NCBI GenBank assembly: GCA_947628785.1 | Contig: CANRBE010000001.1 | Coordinates: 1 to 61,893 of the forward strand | DNA from: an uncultured Bacilli bacterium | Lineage (GTDB): Bacteria; Bacillota_I; Bacilli_A; RF39; UBA660 | Length of the DNA stretch: 61,893 nucleotides | Direction of reading: 5' to 3' | In this document: positions 38,113 through 47,580 of the stretch, piece after piece | Layout of the letters: every line of letters starts with the position of its first letter | How positions within the stretch are numbered: position 1 is the first letter of the stretch | Program-made: the position numbers and the translations under genes | Notes under the pieces: generated by a model | The model's input: the letters and a program-made list of their open reading frames with translations, nothing else | Told to the model about the DNA's origin: nothing | Database searches by the model: none

Positions 38113-38263
38113 GTTGTTACCTCCCATTTAATTTATTGTATCAAATTTTTGATAATAAGTGTTAAAAACATGTAAATAATATTTAAAAAAATGGAAGTTA
38201 TGTCAATTTACATGTTTTGATTTTTCTGTTATGAAAAAAAATCGCCAAGGACGATTTACTTTA

Positions 38264-38924
38264 CTATTTAGTCTTTCTATTAACATATTCTTTAGTTTTA
38301 TAATAAATAGAAGGTGTTTCATTTTTTAAAAATTCATTGTCTTTCGTCAATTTTAAAATATAGTCTTTATCACAATTATCAATTAAATATTTACTCATGG
38401 CATAATAATTATAATATAAAACTTTTCCATTTAAAATATCCTCTAATGAACAATCAAATTGTACTTCTTCATTTTCATATTGACCCGATAAATTAGTGGC
38501 AAAGATTCAGCTAACCAAATTATTTTATCCATATCATTATTATAAAAATAGTGACAAGTATGGACAAATTCATGACTAGCTACATTTATCATATTATTTA
38601 CATTATAATATTCATGACTATAACTTTTTCTTCTTTCCTCTAAACATAATAAATCAATTCTATTAGTTTTTTTATTATTAGTTGACCTACTCTTCCCAAC
38701 AATTAACTTTCCTATTATAAGGCTTCATTAATTCGTTAAAATGACTACGATAAGTTTATATATTATCCCAAAATTTAATAGTAATTGTTTTATCTATACT
38801 GTTTAAATTAAAAAATTCCATTATTTTTTTATATTTGTTTTTTAATTCTTGTAATATTAAATCAATATATTCTTTATCCTTATCGGTATATTCTATCTCA
38901 AAAAAAGTCCATCTTTATTTTCAA
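38264..38924 (-). pseudogene. decayed HExxH metallopeptidase-like gene
   Basis: A good SD and start are followed by a stop after a T7 run. Protein-like segments (..FWDNI, TYRSHFNELMKPYNRKVNCWEE, VASHEFVHTCHYFYNNDMDKIIWLAESL, LSGQYENEEVQFDCSLEDIL..KTK*) are spread over three frames with in-frame stops. Confidence 0.6.
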
Positions 38925-38994
38925 TTTATCACCTCTAATAATTTATAATTAAAAAAGCAAATCAACAATATTATTTGCTTATAAAAGTGCTTTT

Positions 38995-40656
38995 TTAGTA
39001 AATAAATTTTTTAATTCTTTTTTGAATTCTATCTTTTTTAAGTATTTTTAATATTTCATATAAATCAGGTGTTTGACTTTTACTAGTAATAGCTACTCTA
39101 ATAACTGTTGTTATATCGGTTACGTTACCTTTATATTTATCAGGATTTTGTTTATATTCTTTCATATTAGAACAATAACCTAATTTATCTGTTAAGTCTT
39201 TTATCTTATCAAACCAAGTATCTTTTGTATCATTTTCATCATAATACTTATCAAAATAAGTAGTTAAGATATTTTTTATTTCTTCTTTATCTTTAATATT
39301 TTGAAATTCATATTTTTTATCAAATTTATCAAATAATTCATCGAACATATACCAAGTTTGTTTTTTAACATCTTGGTAACAAGCAAAATCTTTTCTTGGT
39401 TTTTTTTGTTCTCTTTCAATATTAAAAATAGCTAAACCTTCTTCTTTATTTTGTTTTAAAATATCATAAAATTCTAAATCGTATTTTTCACTCCATTTTA
39501 AAACATCATTATAAACTTCTTCTTTAGTTAAATGACTAATATAGTTTTTAGAGATATTATCTAATTTATCCAAATCAAACAAAGCTCCACTACTACTCAT
39601 TTTTTTAGGAGAAAAAGGAAATTCAGTAAATGAAGCATTAGGATGACCTTCTCTCCAAGCTTCATAATTAGAATTTATAATAGTCATTACTGCTTCAATA
39701 ACAGCATATTTAGGATATCCTTTTTCTTCGTAATAACTCATTTTAGCTTCGGGGTCATATCTTTTAGATATTTTTCTAACTTTTTCCCCATCTTTTTTTA
39801 GTATCAAAGGAATATGGATATATTTAGGCATTTTAAAACCAAAAGTTTTAAATAATTCATAATGAATAGGAATAGATGATACCCATTCTTGTCCTCTAAC
39901 AACATGAGTAGTACGCATTAAATAATCATCTACTAAATGGGCAAAATGGTAAGTTGGTAGTCCACTTGATGATTTCATAATTGGTATATCTATATCATTT
40001 TCAGGAAATTCCATTTCTCCATTTACTAAATCATTAAATTTAAATTTATGATTAAAATTTCCTGTACTTTTTAAACGAATTGTATATTTTTCTCCATTTT
40101 TAATTCTTTGCATCGCTTCTTCTACTTTTAAGTTTCGATATTTAGCATATCTTCCATAAATACCAATTCTTCTTTTATCTCTTGCTTGTGATTTTCTTAT
40201 TGAATCCATCTCTTCTTGGGTTAAAAAACAAGGATAGGCTTTGCCTTCTATTAATAAATGCTTAATAAAAGTTTGATATATTTCTTTTCTTTCACTTTGG
40301 ATATATGGTCCATAATTTCCTTTAGTTTCAGATGTGTCTAGATATTCATATTCATCAGGATTTAAATCATAATAATCTAATACATTTCGAATATAAATAA
40401 CTGCTCCATCTACTTCTCTAGATTTATCAGTATCTTCATTTCTTAAATAAAAAACTCCTTTACTTTGTTTAGCTAATATATAATCAATTAAAGCTGGCAT
40501 AAAGTGACCTATATGCATAAATCCAGTTGGACTAGGCGAAAATCTTGTTACTTTAGCATTTTCAGGTAAATCTCTTTCAGGGTATTCTAACTCATAATCA
40601 GCTATTGTTTTGGTAATATTTGGAAATATTAAATCCGCTAAGTCTTTATTTGTCAT
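38995..40656 (-). CDS. gltX: glutamate--tRNA ligase
   Basis: PSPTGFMHIGH (HIGH), RNEDTD, GPYIQSERK and KISKR (KMSKS-like). 553 aa with an extended C-terminus. Confidence 0.9.
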   Translation of the reverse strand: MTNKDLADLIFPNITKTIADYELEYPERDLPENAKVTRFSPSPTGFMHIGHFMPALIDYILAKQSKGVFYLRNEDTDKSREVDGAVIYIRNVLDYYDLNPDEYEYLDTSETKGNYGPYIQSERKEIYQTFIKHLLIEGKAYPCFLTQEEMDSIRKSQARDKRRIGIYGRYAKYRNLKVEEAMQRIKNGEKYTIRLKSTGNFNHKFKFNDLVNGEMEFPENDIDIPIMKSSSGLPTYHFAHLVDDYLMRTTHVVRGQEWVSSIPIHYELFKTFGFKMPKYIHIPLILKKDGEKVRKISKRYDPEAKMSYYEEKGYPKYAVIEAVMTIINSNYEAWREGHPNASFTEFPFSPKKMSSSGALFDLDKLDNISKNYISHLTKEEVYNDVLKWSEKYDLEFYDILKQNKEEGLAIFNIEREQKKPRKDFACYQDVKKQTWYMFDELFDKFDKKYEFQNIKDKEEIKNILTTYFDKYYDENDTKDTWFDKIKDLTDKLGYCSNMKEYKQNPDKYKGNVTDITTVIRVAITSKSQTPDLYEILKILKKDRIQKRIKKFIY

Positions 40657-40724
40657 AATAACCTTCTTTCTAGTGCTTTAATTTTAACAAATTTTAATAA
40701 AAAAGGCAAATGAAAAAGAAAGTT

Positions 40725-41051
40725 TTAACTACTTTCCTTACATATTTCATTTTCTATTTCTTCATAAGTTTCTAAAACTAAATTTTTTAAAACTTTTTCA
40801 TTTATTACTATTTTAAAATCTTTAGGAACCATTTCTTTTAGTATTATTACTACTTCATTAATTCTTTTTTCTTTTTCTAAACTATCCGCTAAACAAAATT
40901 TATCATTTTGATTTAGCAAAGTAATTGTTTTTTTAGTTATATCTACTACTACTTTTCTTAATTTACTACTTTTTCTAAAATAAAGAAGTATCGCAAATAT
41001 TATAATCATTAAAATCATTTCAACTATTTTTATTATTTCCATAATCATCAC
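40725..41051 (-). CDS. small membrane protein, hypothetical
   Basis: 108 aa with a single N-terminal TM helix. The start among MMIM is uncertain. Confidence 0.5.
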   Translation of the reverse strand: MMIMEIIKIVEMILMIIIFAILLYFRKSSKLRKVVVDITKKTITLLNQNDKFCLADSLEKEKRINEVVIILKEMVPKDFKIVINEKVLKNLVLETYEEIENEICKESS

Positions 41052-41168
41052 CTATTTTATCATATGTATGATTATGTTTTATAAAAAGGGAAATAGTTTA
41101 TTAATTTATAATATTTAGTATTTCATCATATGTTTATTATTTCAAATTATATTTCAGCCATTTCTTTT

Positions 41169-41633
41169 TTATTTATAAGTTTTAACTTTTACTTTCGGTT
41201 TATTTTTTATGTTTTCTTCTAAAAAATTAGAAGATATTTTTTCTTTAATAATCATATTAGTATTTTCATTTATATCTAATTGATAATTAGTTTTATCTTT
41301 CATATTTTTAAGTTCTTTTTCAAATGAAGATATTTCTTTTTCTAATTCGTTTATGTCTTGTTTTAATCGGTAATCAATTATTTTTCTTTCTTTTCTAGTA
41401 CTAACTAACATATATTTAGTTAAACCTTTAATAACCAAGTAAGAAATTAACATTGTAGCAACTATTCTTATAGGACTAGCAATACCAATAGAAATTAAAA
41501 ATACTACTATTTCCATCACGACTGTCATATATGAACAAATTTTATCAAGCTTACATTTTAGTTTGTTTTCTGTTAATTCAGATTGATATTTATTTAACTT
41601 TCTTTTATATTCTTCTAATTCATTTTCTAACAT
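41169..41633 (-). CDS. membrane/coiled-coil protein; probable true start at 41748, disrupted by a 1-nt frameshift
   Basis: There is no SD before the ATG at 41633. The same frame stays open upstream to 41745, and an ATG with a GGGAGG SD sits at 41748 in the +1 frame. Confidence 0.6.
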   Translation of the reverse strand: MLENELEEYKRKLNKYQSELTENKLKCKLDKICSYMTVVMEIVVFLISIGIASPIRIVATMLISYLVIKGLTKYMLVSTRKERKIIDYRLKQDINELEKEISSFEKELKNMKDKTNYQLDINENTNMIIKEKISSNFLEENIKNKPKVKVKTYK

Positions 41634-41790
41634 TAAAATATCTTCAAATTTATAAATGTTATTATCTTTTTTAACAAATCTAATATTTCCTCTATTATCA
41701 GATACTATCGCTTTTTTATTTTCCCATTCTAAAAAAGTTTTTATTCATAAAACCTCCCTGTATATATAAAACTTTAAAAGTTTATTTCCA

Positions 41791-41866
41791 TGGCTACCCC
41801 AGCTAGATTCGAACTAGCGAAATGACGGAGTCAGAGTCCGTTGCCTTACCGCTTGGCTATGGGGCA
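41791..41866 (-). tRNA. tRNA-Gln (anticodon CTG), CCA encoded
   Basis: Reverse complement folds as acceptor TGCCCCA/TGGGGTA, D arm AGCC-AAGCGGTA-AGGC, anticodon stem ACGGA/TCCGT with loop CTCTGAC, T arm GCTAG-TTCGAAT-CTAGC. Confidence 0.85.
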
Positions 41867-41957
41867 ATTACAATTTTATTATAACACTTATGTTAAAAAT
41901 AAACAATATTTGTATTTTGACAATTAAAAAGTAGAAAAAAAAGACTAATAAATAGTC

Positions 41958-43601
41958 TTAAACAATAACTTCTTGAATTACAATTAAAATCATAGGTTTA
42001 CATTCTGTTTGCTTATAAAAATACTTACCTAACTTATCTCTAATACCAGTTTTTATTTTACCAAAATCAACATAATTATCTTTGATATTTTCTAAAACAA
42101 TAGAAGTGGCTATATTTTTAGCTTCTTTCATTAAATCAATATTATCCTTAACATAGATAAAACCTCTTGTGACAATTTCTGGACCAGCTACTACTTTTTT
42201 AGTTAACTTATTAATAGTAGCACTGACAATAACAATTCCATTATCACTTAAAATTTCTCTATCCTTAACAACCATTTCACCAACATCACCAACAGTTTTA
42301 CCATCAACTAAAATTTCATCAACATTAACTACTTCATCATTTTTAACTAACTTACCATCTATAAAAGTAGTTACTTGTCCATTAAGTTTAAGTAATATTT
42401 GATTTTCACTTAACCCAACTTTTCTAGCATTATTGGCATTAGCTACTTGGTGACGATACTCTCCAATTACTGGCATGTAATATTTAGGATTCATCAAATT
42501 AATCATCATCATCAAGTCTTCACTAGAAGCATGATTACCTAAATATTTCTTGCTAGATAAAATAAACAAATCAGCTCCTAATTTAGCAACATCATCATAA
42601 ATTCTAGTTGCACTCTTTTCCATTCCTTCATAAACAGGAGAGGCAAAAATAACTTTATCATCCTTAGTTAATTTAACAAACTTATCATAGCCTTTAATAA
42701 TTCTTCGCATATTAGAAAAAGGTTTTTCTCTCTCATCTGATATAAGAACAATAATTGATTCATCATTGATATGTTGTAAATTTAAAATCCGTTTTACATC
42801 AAATTGCATATATCCAAGTTCAATAGCTTTTCTAATCAAATTTTCTAAAGTTTTACCTAAAATAACAACTTTTTTATCAACAGCTTCTATCTGTTCTAGT
42901 ATTTCCTGAATACGGTAAAATTGAGCTTGAAAAATATTAATCAAAATACGACCTTCAACATCTTCAATATTTTCTCTAATTATACTACCTATATGATTAT
43001 TAGGAGACGTATATCCTGATTTTTCAGCATACTTAGATTCACTTAACAAACATAAAACCCCTTGTTTACCAACATAAGCAAGTTTTCCAATATCCATTTT
43101 ATATGCCCCAAGCATCCTTTGGTCAAAAACAAAATTACCAGTATATACAATTGCTCCATCACGAGTATTTATAACATAACCGACACTTCTAGGTACCGAA
43201 TGAGTTAAAGCAATCGGAAAAACACTTATATCTCCAAATTTAATACTACGATGAGGTTGCACTGTATGGAGTTTAGCTTTTTTACCTTGTAGGTCATTTT
43301 TTAATATTTCCAAAGTAAAATCAGTTCCATAAATATCCAAATCAGGCAAATCATCTAACATATCAGGGACAGCCCCCATCTGTTCATCATGACCATGGGT
43401 TATAAATAAACCTTTAATTCGTTGCTTGTTTTCTTTTAAATAATCATAATTAGGTAAAATATAATCTATTCCAAGCATTTTATCATCAGCATATCTAAGT
43501 CCAGCATCTAAAACAAAAATGTCTTTGTCTACTTCTACCACATAAATATTTTTACCAGCTTCATTTAATCCACCTAAAGCAAATATTCTAATTTTTGACA
43601 T
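41958..43601 (-). CDS. RNase J family protein with divergent metal-binding motifs
   Basis: Full-length beta-lactamase/beta-CASP/C-terminal domain layout (FALGGLNEAGKN..., GVLCLLSES...). Motif 2 reads HGHDEQ instead of HxHxDH. Confidence 0.85.
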   Translation of the reverse strand: MSKIRIFALGGLNEAGKNIYVVEVDKDIFVLDAGLRYADDKMLGIDYILPNYDYLKENKQRIKGLFITHGHDEQMGAVPDMLDDLPDLDIYGTDFTLEILKNDLQGKKAKLHTVQPHRSIKFGDISVFPIALTHSVPRSVGYVINTRDGAIVYTGNFVFDQRMLGAYKMDIGKLAYVGKQGVLCLLSESKYAEKSGYTSPNNHIGSIIRENIEDVEGRILINIFQAQFYRIQEILEQIEAVDKKVVILGKTLENLIRKAIELGYMQFDVKRILNLQHINDESIIVLISDEREKPFSNMRRIIKGYDKFVKLTKDDKVIFASPVYEGMEKSATRIYDDVAKLGADLFILSSKKYLGNHASSEDLMMMINLMNPKYYMPVIGEYRHQVANANNARKVGLSENQILLKLNGQVTTFIDGKLVKNDEVVNVDEILVDGKTVGDVGEMVVKDREILSDNGIVIVSATINKLTKKVVAGPEIVTRGFIYVKDNIDLMKEAKNIATSIVLENIKDNYVDFGKIKTGIRDKLGKYFYKQTECKPMILIVIQEVIV

Positions 43602-43657
43602 ATCATCCCTCCTTTCTTGTTAAAAAAGACTAATTCATTATATCACGAAAGTATGAA

Positions 43658-44584
43658 TTAGTCCACAATTTGGTCTTTACTTATTGTAATTACTGGTCTT
43701 ACATAAGCTTTATCAGTTGCTTTTTGATAACCAACTGTATCTTTATAAGTAGCTATATTTCCATCTTTAACACCATGTATCCAAAAAGTTCTATTGTCGA
43801 TAGTTAAAGAATTTTTTAAAGTATTTATTTCATTTGTAGTCATCAATCTAGAATCAGTTATAGCTATACCAGCATTATCCATATATTTTTTTACTTGATA
43901 AGAAACATTACCATCTTCTAGTTTATATTCTAATTTATTATTAGTATCAAAAGGTATCATATCATCTTCATTTATCTTTTTATCTGAATTAATATCAAGA
44001 ACAGAAACTGAAGCTAAAGTAATATTTTTACTATATTTCAAGTTATTAGAAACAACAACCCATTTACTTTTATCAGCTAAAGTAACTATACTATTAACAT
44101 TCCAATCTTTATACTTAATAACTCCAGTATCGATATTATTATCCCCATTACAAATAAAAGAGCCTTCATTTATACAATAATATGGACCAATTTTTAAATT
44201 TTCAATTGTTTGGATAGTTCCATCAACATCAAGATATAATTTACCACTAGTAGCTTTTTCTCCTTCATAATTTAATGTATTACCAGCTACCACATCACTA
44301 GTTGATTTATCTAAAGAAAAATCAAACATTATTCCACTTGTTTTATAATCATGTTCAAGTCCATACTCTCCTACTTTTTCATAAATATTTTGAGCTGATT
44401 TTTTTAGTTTTTCTTTTTCTTCATTAATAACAACTTCACCACTTAATAAAGGGTCACTATTTAATTTTCTTTGTAAAACTTGAAATATAACAATCCCCAT
44501 CAAAAGAAAAAATACACCAATTCCCAATATAATAGTTTTATCTTGCTTTTTTTCCATCAATTCCCTCTTTTCTTCTTTTATCAT
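43658..44584 (-). CDS. membrane-anchored hypothetical protein (308 aa)
   Basis: N-terminal TM after a charged leader and a large extracytoplasmic domain. No motif recognized. Confidence 0.6.
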   Translation of the reverse strand: MIKEEKRELMEKKQDKTIILGIGVFFLLMGIVIFQVLQRKLNSDPLLSGEVVINEEKEKLKKSAQNIYEKVGEYGLEHDYKTSGIMFDFSLDKSTSDVVAGNTLNYEGEKATSGKLYLDVDGTIQTIENLKIGPYYCINEGSFICNGDNNIDTGVIKYKDWNVNSIVTLADKSKWVVVSNNLKYSKNITLASVSVLDINSDKKINEDDMIPFDTNNKLEYKLEDGNVSYQVKKYMDNAGIAITDSRLMTTNEINTLKNSLTIDNRTFWIHGVKDGNIATYKDTVGYQKATDKAYVRPVITISKDQIVD

Positions 44585-44594
44585 TATACTAAAT

Positions 44595-45875
44595 TTACTT
44601 GTTTTTGTCTATTCTATTTCCTATTAAATATGGTTCTTCATAATTTTTTATCAAAACTCTAATATCTTGATTACAATCATTTTTCATACCTTTAGTTTTA
44701 ATAAGTAAATAATTACCTGTATGACCAATTATAAAACCATTCTTTTCTATTTCTGGTAAAAAAACAACTTCTTTACCAATAAATTTTAAAGCATACTTTT
44801 TTTCTAATTCTTTACTTAAATTTAATAATATATCAACTCGTCTTTTTTTAGTTTTTTCATCTACTTGATTTTCCATCTGTTCAGCTTTAGTTCCTTTTCT
44901 GGCTGAATAAGGAAAAACATGTATTTTAGAAAAATTTATCTTTTTTATTGTTTCAACTGTTTTTTGAAACTCTTCTTTGGTTTCACCAGGAAAACCTACT
45001 ATAACATCAGTAGTTAAAGATATATCTGGTCTTATTTTTCTTATTTCATTTACTTTGTTGATGAAATATTTAGTATCATATTTTCTATTCATTCTTTTTA
45101 AAGTAGCATCACAACCTGATTGTAAAGGAATATGAAAATGATCTACTAAAACCTGATACTTTTCTAATAAAGATAAAATATCTTTATTTAACTCAGTTAT
45201 TTCAATTGATGATATTCTAAGTCTTTCTAAGTTAGGAATCAAAACTAATTTTTCTAAAAGTGATGAAAATGATACATTAATATCAGCCCCATAATGACCT
45301 GTATGAATACCAGTTAAAACTACTTCTTTATATCCTTGTTTAACTAGATTAGTTACTTCTTCTAAAACCTTATTTAAGGGTTTACTTCTAATATCTCCCC
45401 GAACATAAGGAATGATACAATAGCTACAAAAATTATTGCAGCCGTCTTCTATTTTCACATAAGCCCTAGTTTGATTAAATCTAGTTATTTGCATATTTTC
45501 AAAAGGTTGTTTTTCTATTTTTTCAATAATTACTCCTTTAACTTTATCTTTAATATAATTAACTATTTGACTTTTTCCAACATTACCTATAACTAAATCA
45601 ACACCTTCAATTTTAAATTTAGAAGCATCATTTTGAGCTGAACAACCAACTACTATAGTATAAGCTTTCGGATATTTTTTTACTAATTGTCTAACTGTTT
45701 TTAATGATTTACTATCAGCTTTATTTGTTACTGTACAAGTATTAATAATCACAATATCAATATCACTATCATTTTTGTTTCCAATTTGATAACCAGCTTT
45801 TTTAAGTAATGAAATCATAACATTTGACTCATACATATTAACTTTACAACCTAATGTTTCAACTATAAATTTCAT
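44595..45875 (-). CDS. mtaB: tRNA t6A37 methylthiotransferase MtaB (radical SAM)
   Basis: MKFIVETLGCKVNMYES N-terminal domain, radical SAM CNNFCSYC and a TRAM-like end. Located downstream of rsmE as Bacillus yqeV is. Start moved to 45875. Confidence 0.85.
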   Translation of the reverse strand: MKFIVETLGCKVNMYESNVMISLLKKAGYQIGNKNDSDIDIVIINTCTVTNKADSKSLKTVRQLVKKYPKAYTIVVGCSAQNDASKFKIEGVDLVIGNVGKSQIVNYIKDKVKGVIIEKIEKQPFENMQITRFNQTRAYVKIEDGCNNFCSYCIIPYVRGDIRSKPLNKVLEEVTNLVKQGYKEVVLTGIHTGHYGADINVSFSSLLEKLVLIPNLERLRISSIEITELNKDILSLLEKYQVLVDHFHIPLQSGCDATLKRMNRKYDTKYFINKVNEIRKIRPDISLTTDVIVGFPGETKEEFQKTVETIKKINFSKIHVFPYSARKGTKAEQMENQVDEKTKKRRVDILLNLSKELEKKYALKFIGKEVVFLPEIEKNGFIIGHTGNYLLIKTKGMKNDCNQDIRVLIKNYEEPYLIGNRIDKNK

Positions 45876-45910
45876 TAAATCACTACTTTCCAAAAAAAGA
45901 CCTTAGGTCT

Positions 45911-46618
45911 TTATAAATTACGTCTAAATTCTTTTAACGAAGCTAAAAATTCATCATTTCTTTTTATCTCTTCTTTTAATGGACTTAAATCCATCGTCGC
46001 CTCTAATACTTGTTTATAGTCTTTATTTTCTTCTTCAAGTAATTCTTCGATATGTTCCTTAGCTATTTTTTTTCTTTCTTCATTAGATGGTTTTTCTATT
46101 TTACCAAATATCGGAGATATTATATCTGTTTTTTTAAACTTAGTTTTTTCTTTTGTTTTTTTAACTTCTTTTTGTTCTTCTTCTAAATCTATTACTGGTA
46201 TTTCTACTTTAGTAACTTCTCCTTTTTTAGTTTTAACAATTCCTTTATTTTCTTCTTTAATTGGTTCTTCAATTACTTCTTTTTTACCTTCTTTTAAAGT
46301 ATTAACTAACTCTTGATAGCTTATAATAGATTGTTCTTCCTGGTCTTGTTCAAAATGAGTTATAATATCTTCTGGTTCTGCTTCCAAATCTTTTTGCATC
46401 TGTTCTAACATGGAAGCTAAATTAAGTTGATTTTTATTTACCTTTTCATCAACTTCTTTTTCTTCTTTAGTCAAATTTTCTAACTCTTCTATTTCTTCTA
46501 AATCATCATCTTTTTTGTTTTTAAAAATCATGACAATACAGGAAACCCCAACGGATGCTAGTAAAAGGGCTATTAAAAGCCAAACATGTCCACCAGCTAA
46601 TATATTTACTTTTAACAT
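45911..46618 (-). CDS. membrane-anchored Glu/Lys-rich protein, hypothetical
   Basis: One TM (GGHVWLLIALLLASVGVSCIVMIF) then an acidic low-complexity region. Start moved to the ATG at 46618 to avoid overlap with rsmE. Confidence 0.55.
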   Translation of the reverse strand: MLKVNILAGGHVWLLIALLLASVGVSCIVMIFKNKKDDDLEEIEELENLTKEEKEVDEKVNKNQLNLASMLEQMQKDLEAEPEDIITHFEQDQEEQSIISYQELVNTLKEGKKEVIEEPIKEENKGIVKTKKGEVTKVEIPVIDLEEEQKEVKKTKEKTKFKKTDIISPIFGKIEKPSNEERKKIAKEHIEELLEEENKDYKQVLEATMDLSPLKEEIKRNDEFLASLKEFRRNL

Positions 46619-46622
46619 TTTA

Positions 46623-47333
46623 TCACTCCATATACTCATAGTTAATTGCGCTTAATATAAAAAGTGGTACTGTTTCAACTCGCATTATTCTATCACCTAA
46701 ACTAACAGGTATAAAACCATTTTTTATCAAAGTGTTTTCTTCTTCTTCTAAAAGACCACCTTCTGGTCCAATTACAACATTTATTTTATCACAGTCTTTT
46801 ATAGTTTTCACTATATTTTTTAAATTTTTTGTTTTTTCTTTAGTCGAACACACTAATTTGACACTTTTTACTTCTTTTAACGAATCAATAGTTTCTAAAA
46901 AACCAATTTCTGGTATGGTAATTCTTTTTGATTGTTCACTAGCTTCTTTACATATTTTCATCCATCTTTGCCGTTTTTTTAAATATTTTTTTTCATCTAT
47001 TTTAATTATACTTCGACTAGTTTCTATTGGTATTATAGTATTTACTCCAAGTTCGGTAGATTTTTGTAATATATAGTCCATTTTTTGTTCTTTTAAAAGA
47101 GGAATATATAATACTATTTCAGGTCTTTTTTGTTTTTGTATTTCTATTTTTTTTACTTTACTTATTATATTTTCTTTAATATCATCTATTTTAGCTAAAT
47201 AAAGATTGTTATTATAAACCACTTCAATATTATCTTTATTATCCATTCGCATTACATTTTTGATATGATGATAATCACTATCTTCTAAAATAAATTTATC
47301 ATCAATTTGGTCTTTAGCAAAATATCTTTGCAT
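46623..47333 (-). CDS. rsmE: 16S rRNA (uracil1498-N3)-methyltransferase RsmE
   Basis: MQRYFAKD... N-terminal PUA-like segment and a C-terminal SPOUT knot GPEGGLLEEE...LGDRIMRVETV. Confidence 0.85.
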   Translation of the reverse strand: MQRYFAKDQIDDKFILEDSDYHHIKNVMRMDNKDNIEVVYNNNLYLAKIDDIKENIISKVKKIEIQKQKRPEIVLYIPLLKEQKMDYILQKSTELGVNTIIPIETSRSIIKIDEKKYLKKRQRWMKICKEASEQSKRITIPEIGFLETIDSLKEVKSVKLVCSTKEKTKNLKNIVKTIKDCDKINVVIGPEGGLLEEEENTLIKNGFIPVSLGDRIMRVETVPLFILSAINYEYME

Positions 47334-47459
47334 TCAATCACTTCCATTTATTTAATTTTATCATATTTTTAACTAGATAGAGTGGTTTATTTTAAATAAA
47401 TAAAATATTTTACATTAAACTATAGTCTATTTTAACATTATATGGTAAAATTAGGTTGT

Positions 47460-47536
47460 GTCCTTGTAACTCAGTTGGATAGAGTAATCGCCTCCTAAGC
47501 GATAAGTCGGCAGTTCGAATCTGCCCAAGGACGCCA
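47460..47536 (+). tRNA. tRNA-Arg (anticodon CCT), CCA encoded
   Basis: Acceptor GTCCTTG/CAAGGAC, D arm ACTC-AGTTGGATA-GAGT, anticodon stem ATCGC/GCGAT with loop CTCCTAA, T arm GGCAG-TTCGAAT-CTGCC. Confidence 0.9.
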
Positions 47537-47550
47537 TTATTTAATGTATA

Positions 47551-47580
47551 AAACATCAGTTTATCTGATGTTTCTTTTTT
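47551..47580. terminator. terminator after tRNA-Arg, overlapping the 3' end of the convergent TPR gene
   Basis: AAACATCAG-TTTAT-CTGATGTTT followed by CTTTTTTT. The stop codon of 47561..49744 lies in the loop. Confidence 0.6.

Noticed and set aside
38314-38496. Plus-strand 60-aa ORF in the gltX-polC gap
   Set aside because: It lies antisense to the fragments of the decayed HExxH peptidase gene. The minus strand carries the recognisable protein-like segments.
40657-40724. Possible T-box leaders upstream of gltX and argS (61723..61787)
   Set aside because: Both upstream intergenic regions are under ~110 nt, too short for a T-box (about 200 nt or more), and lack the conserved T-box sequence.
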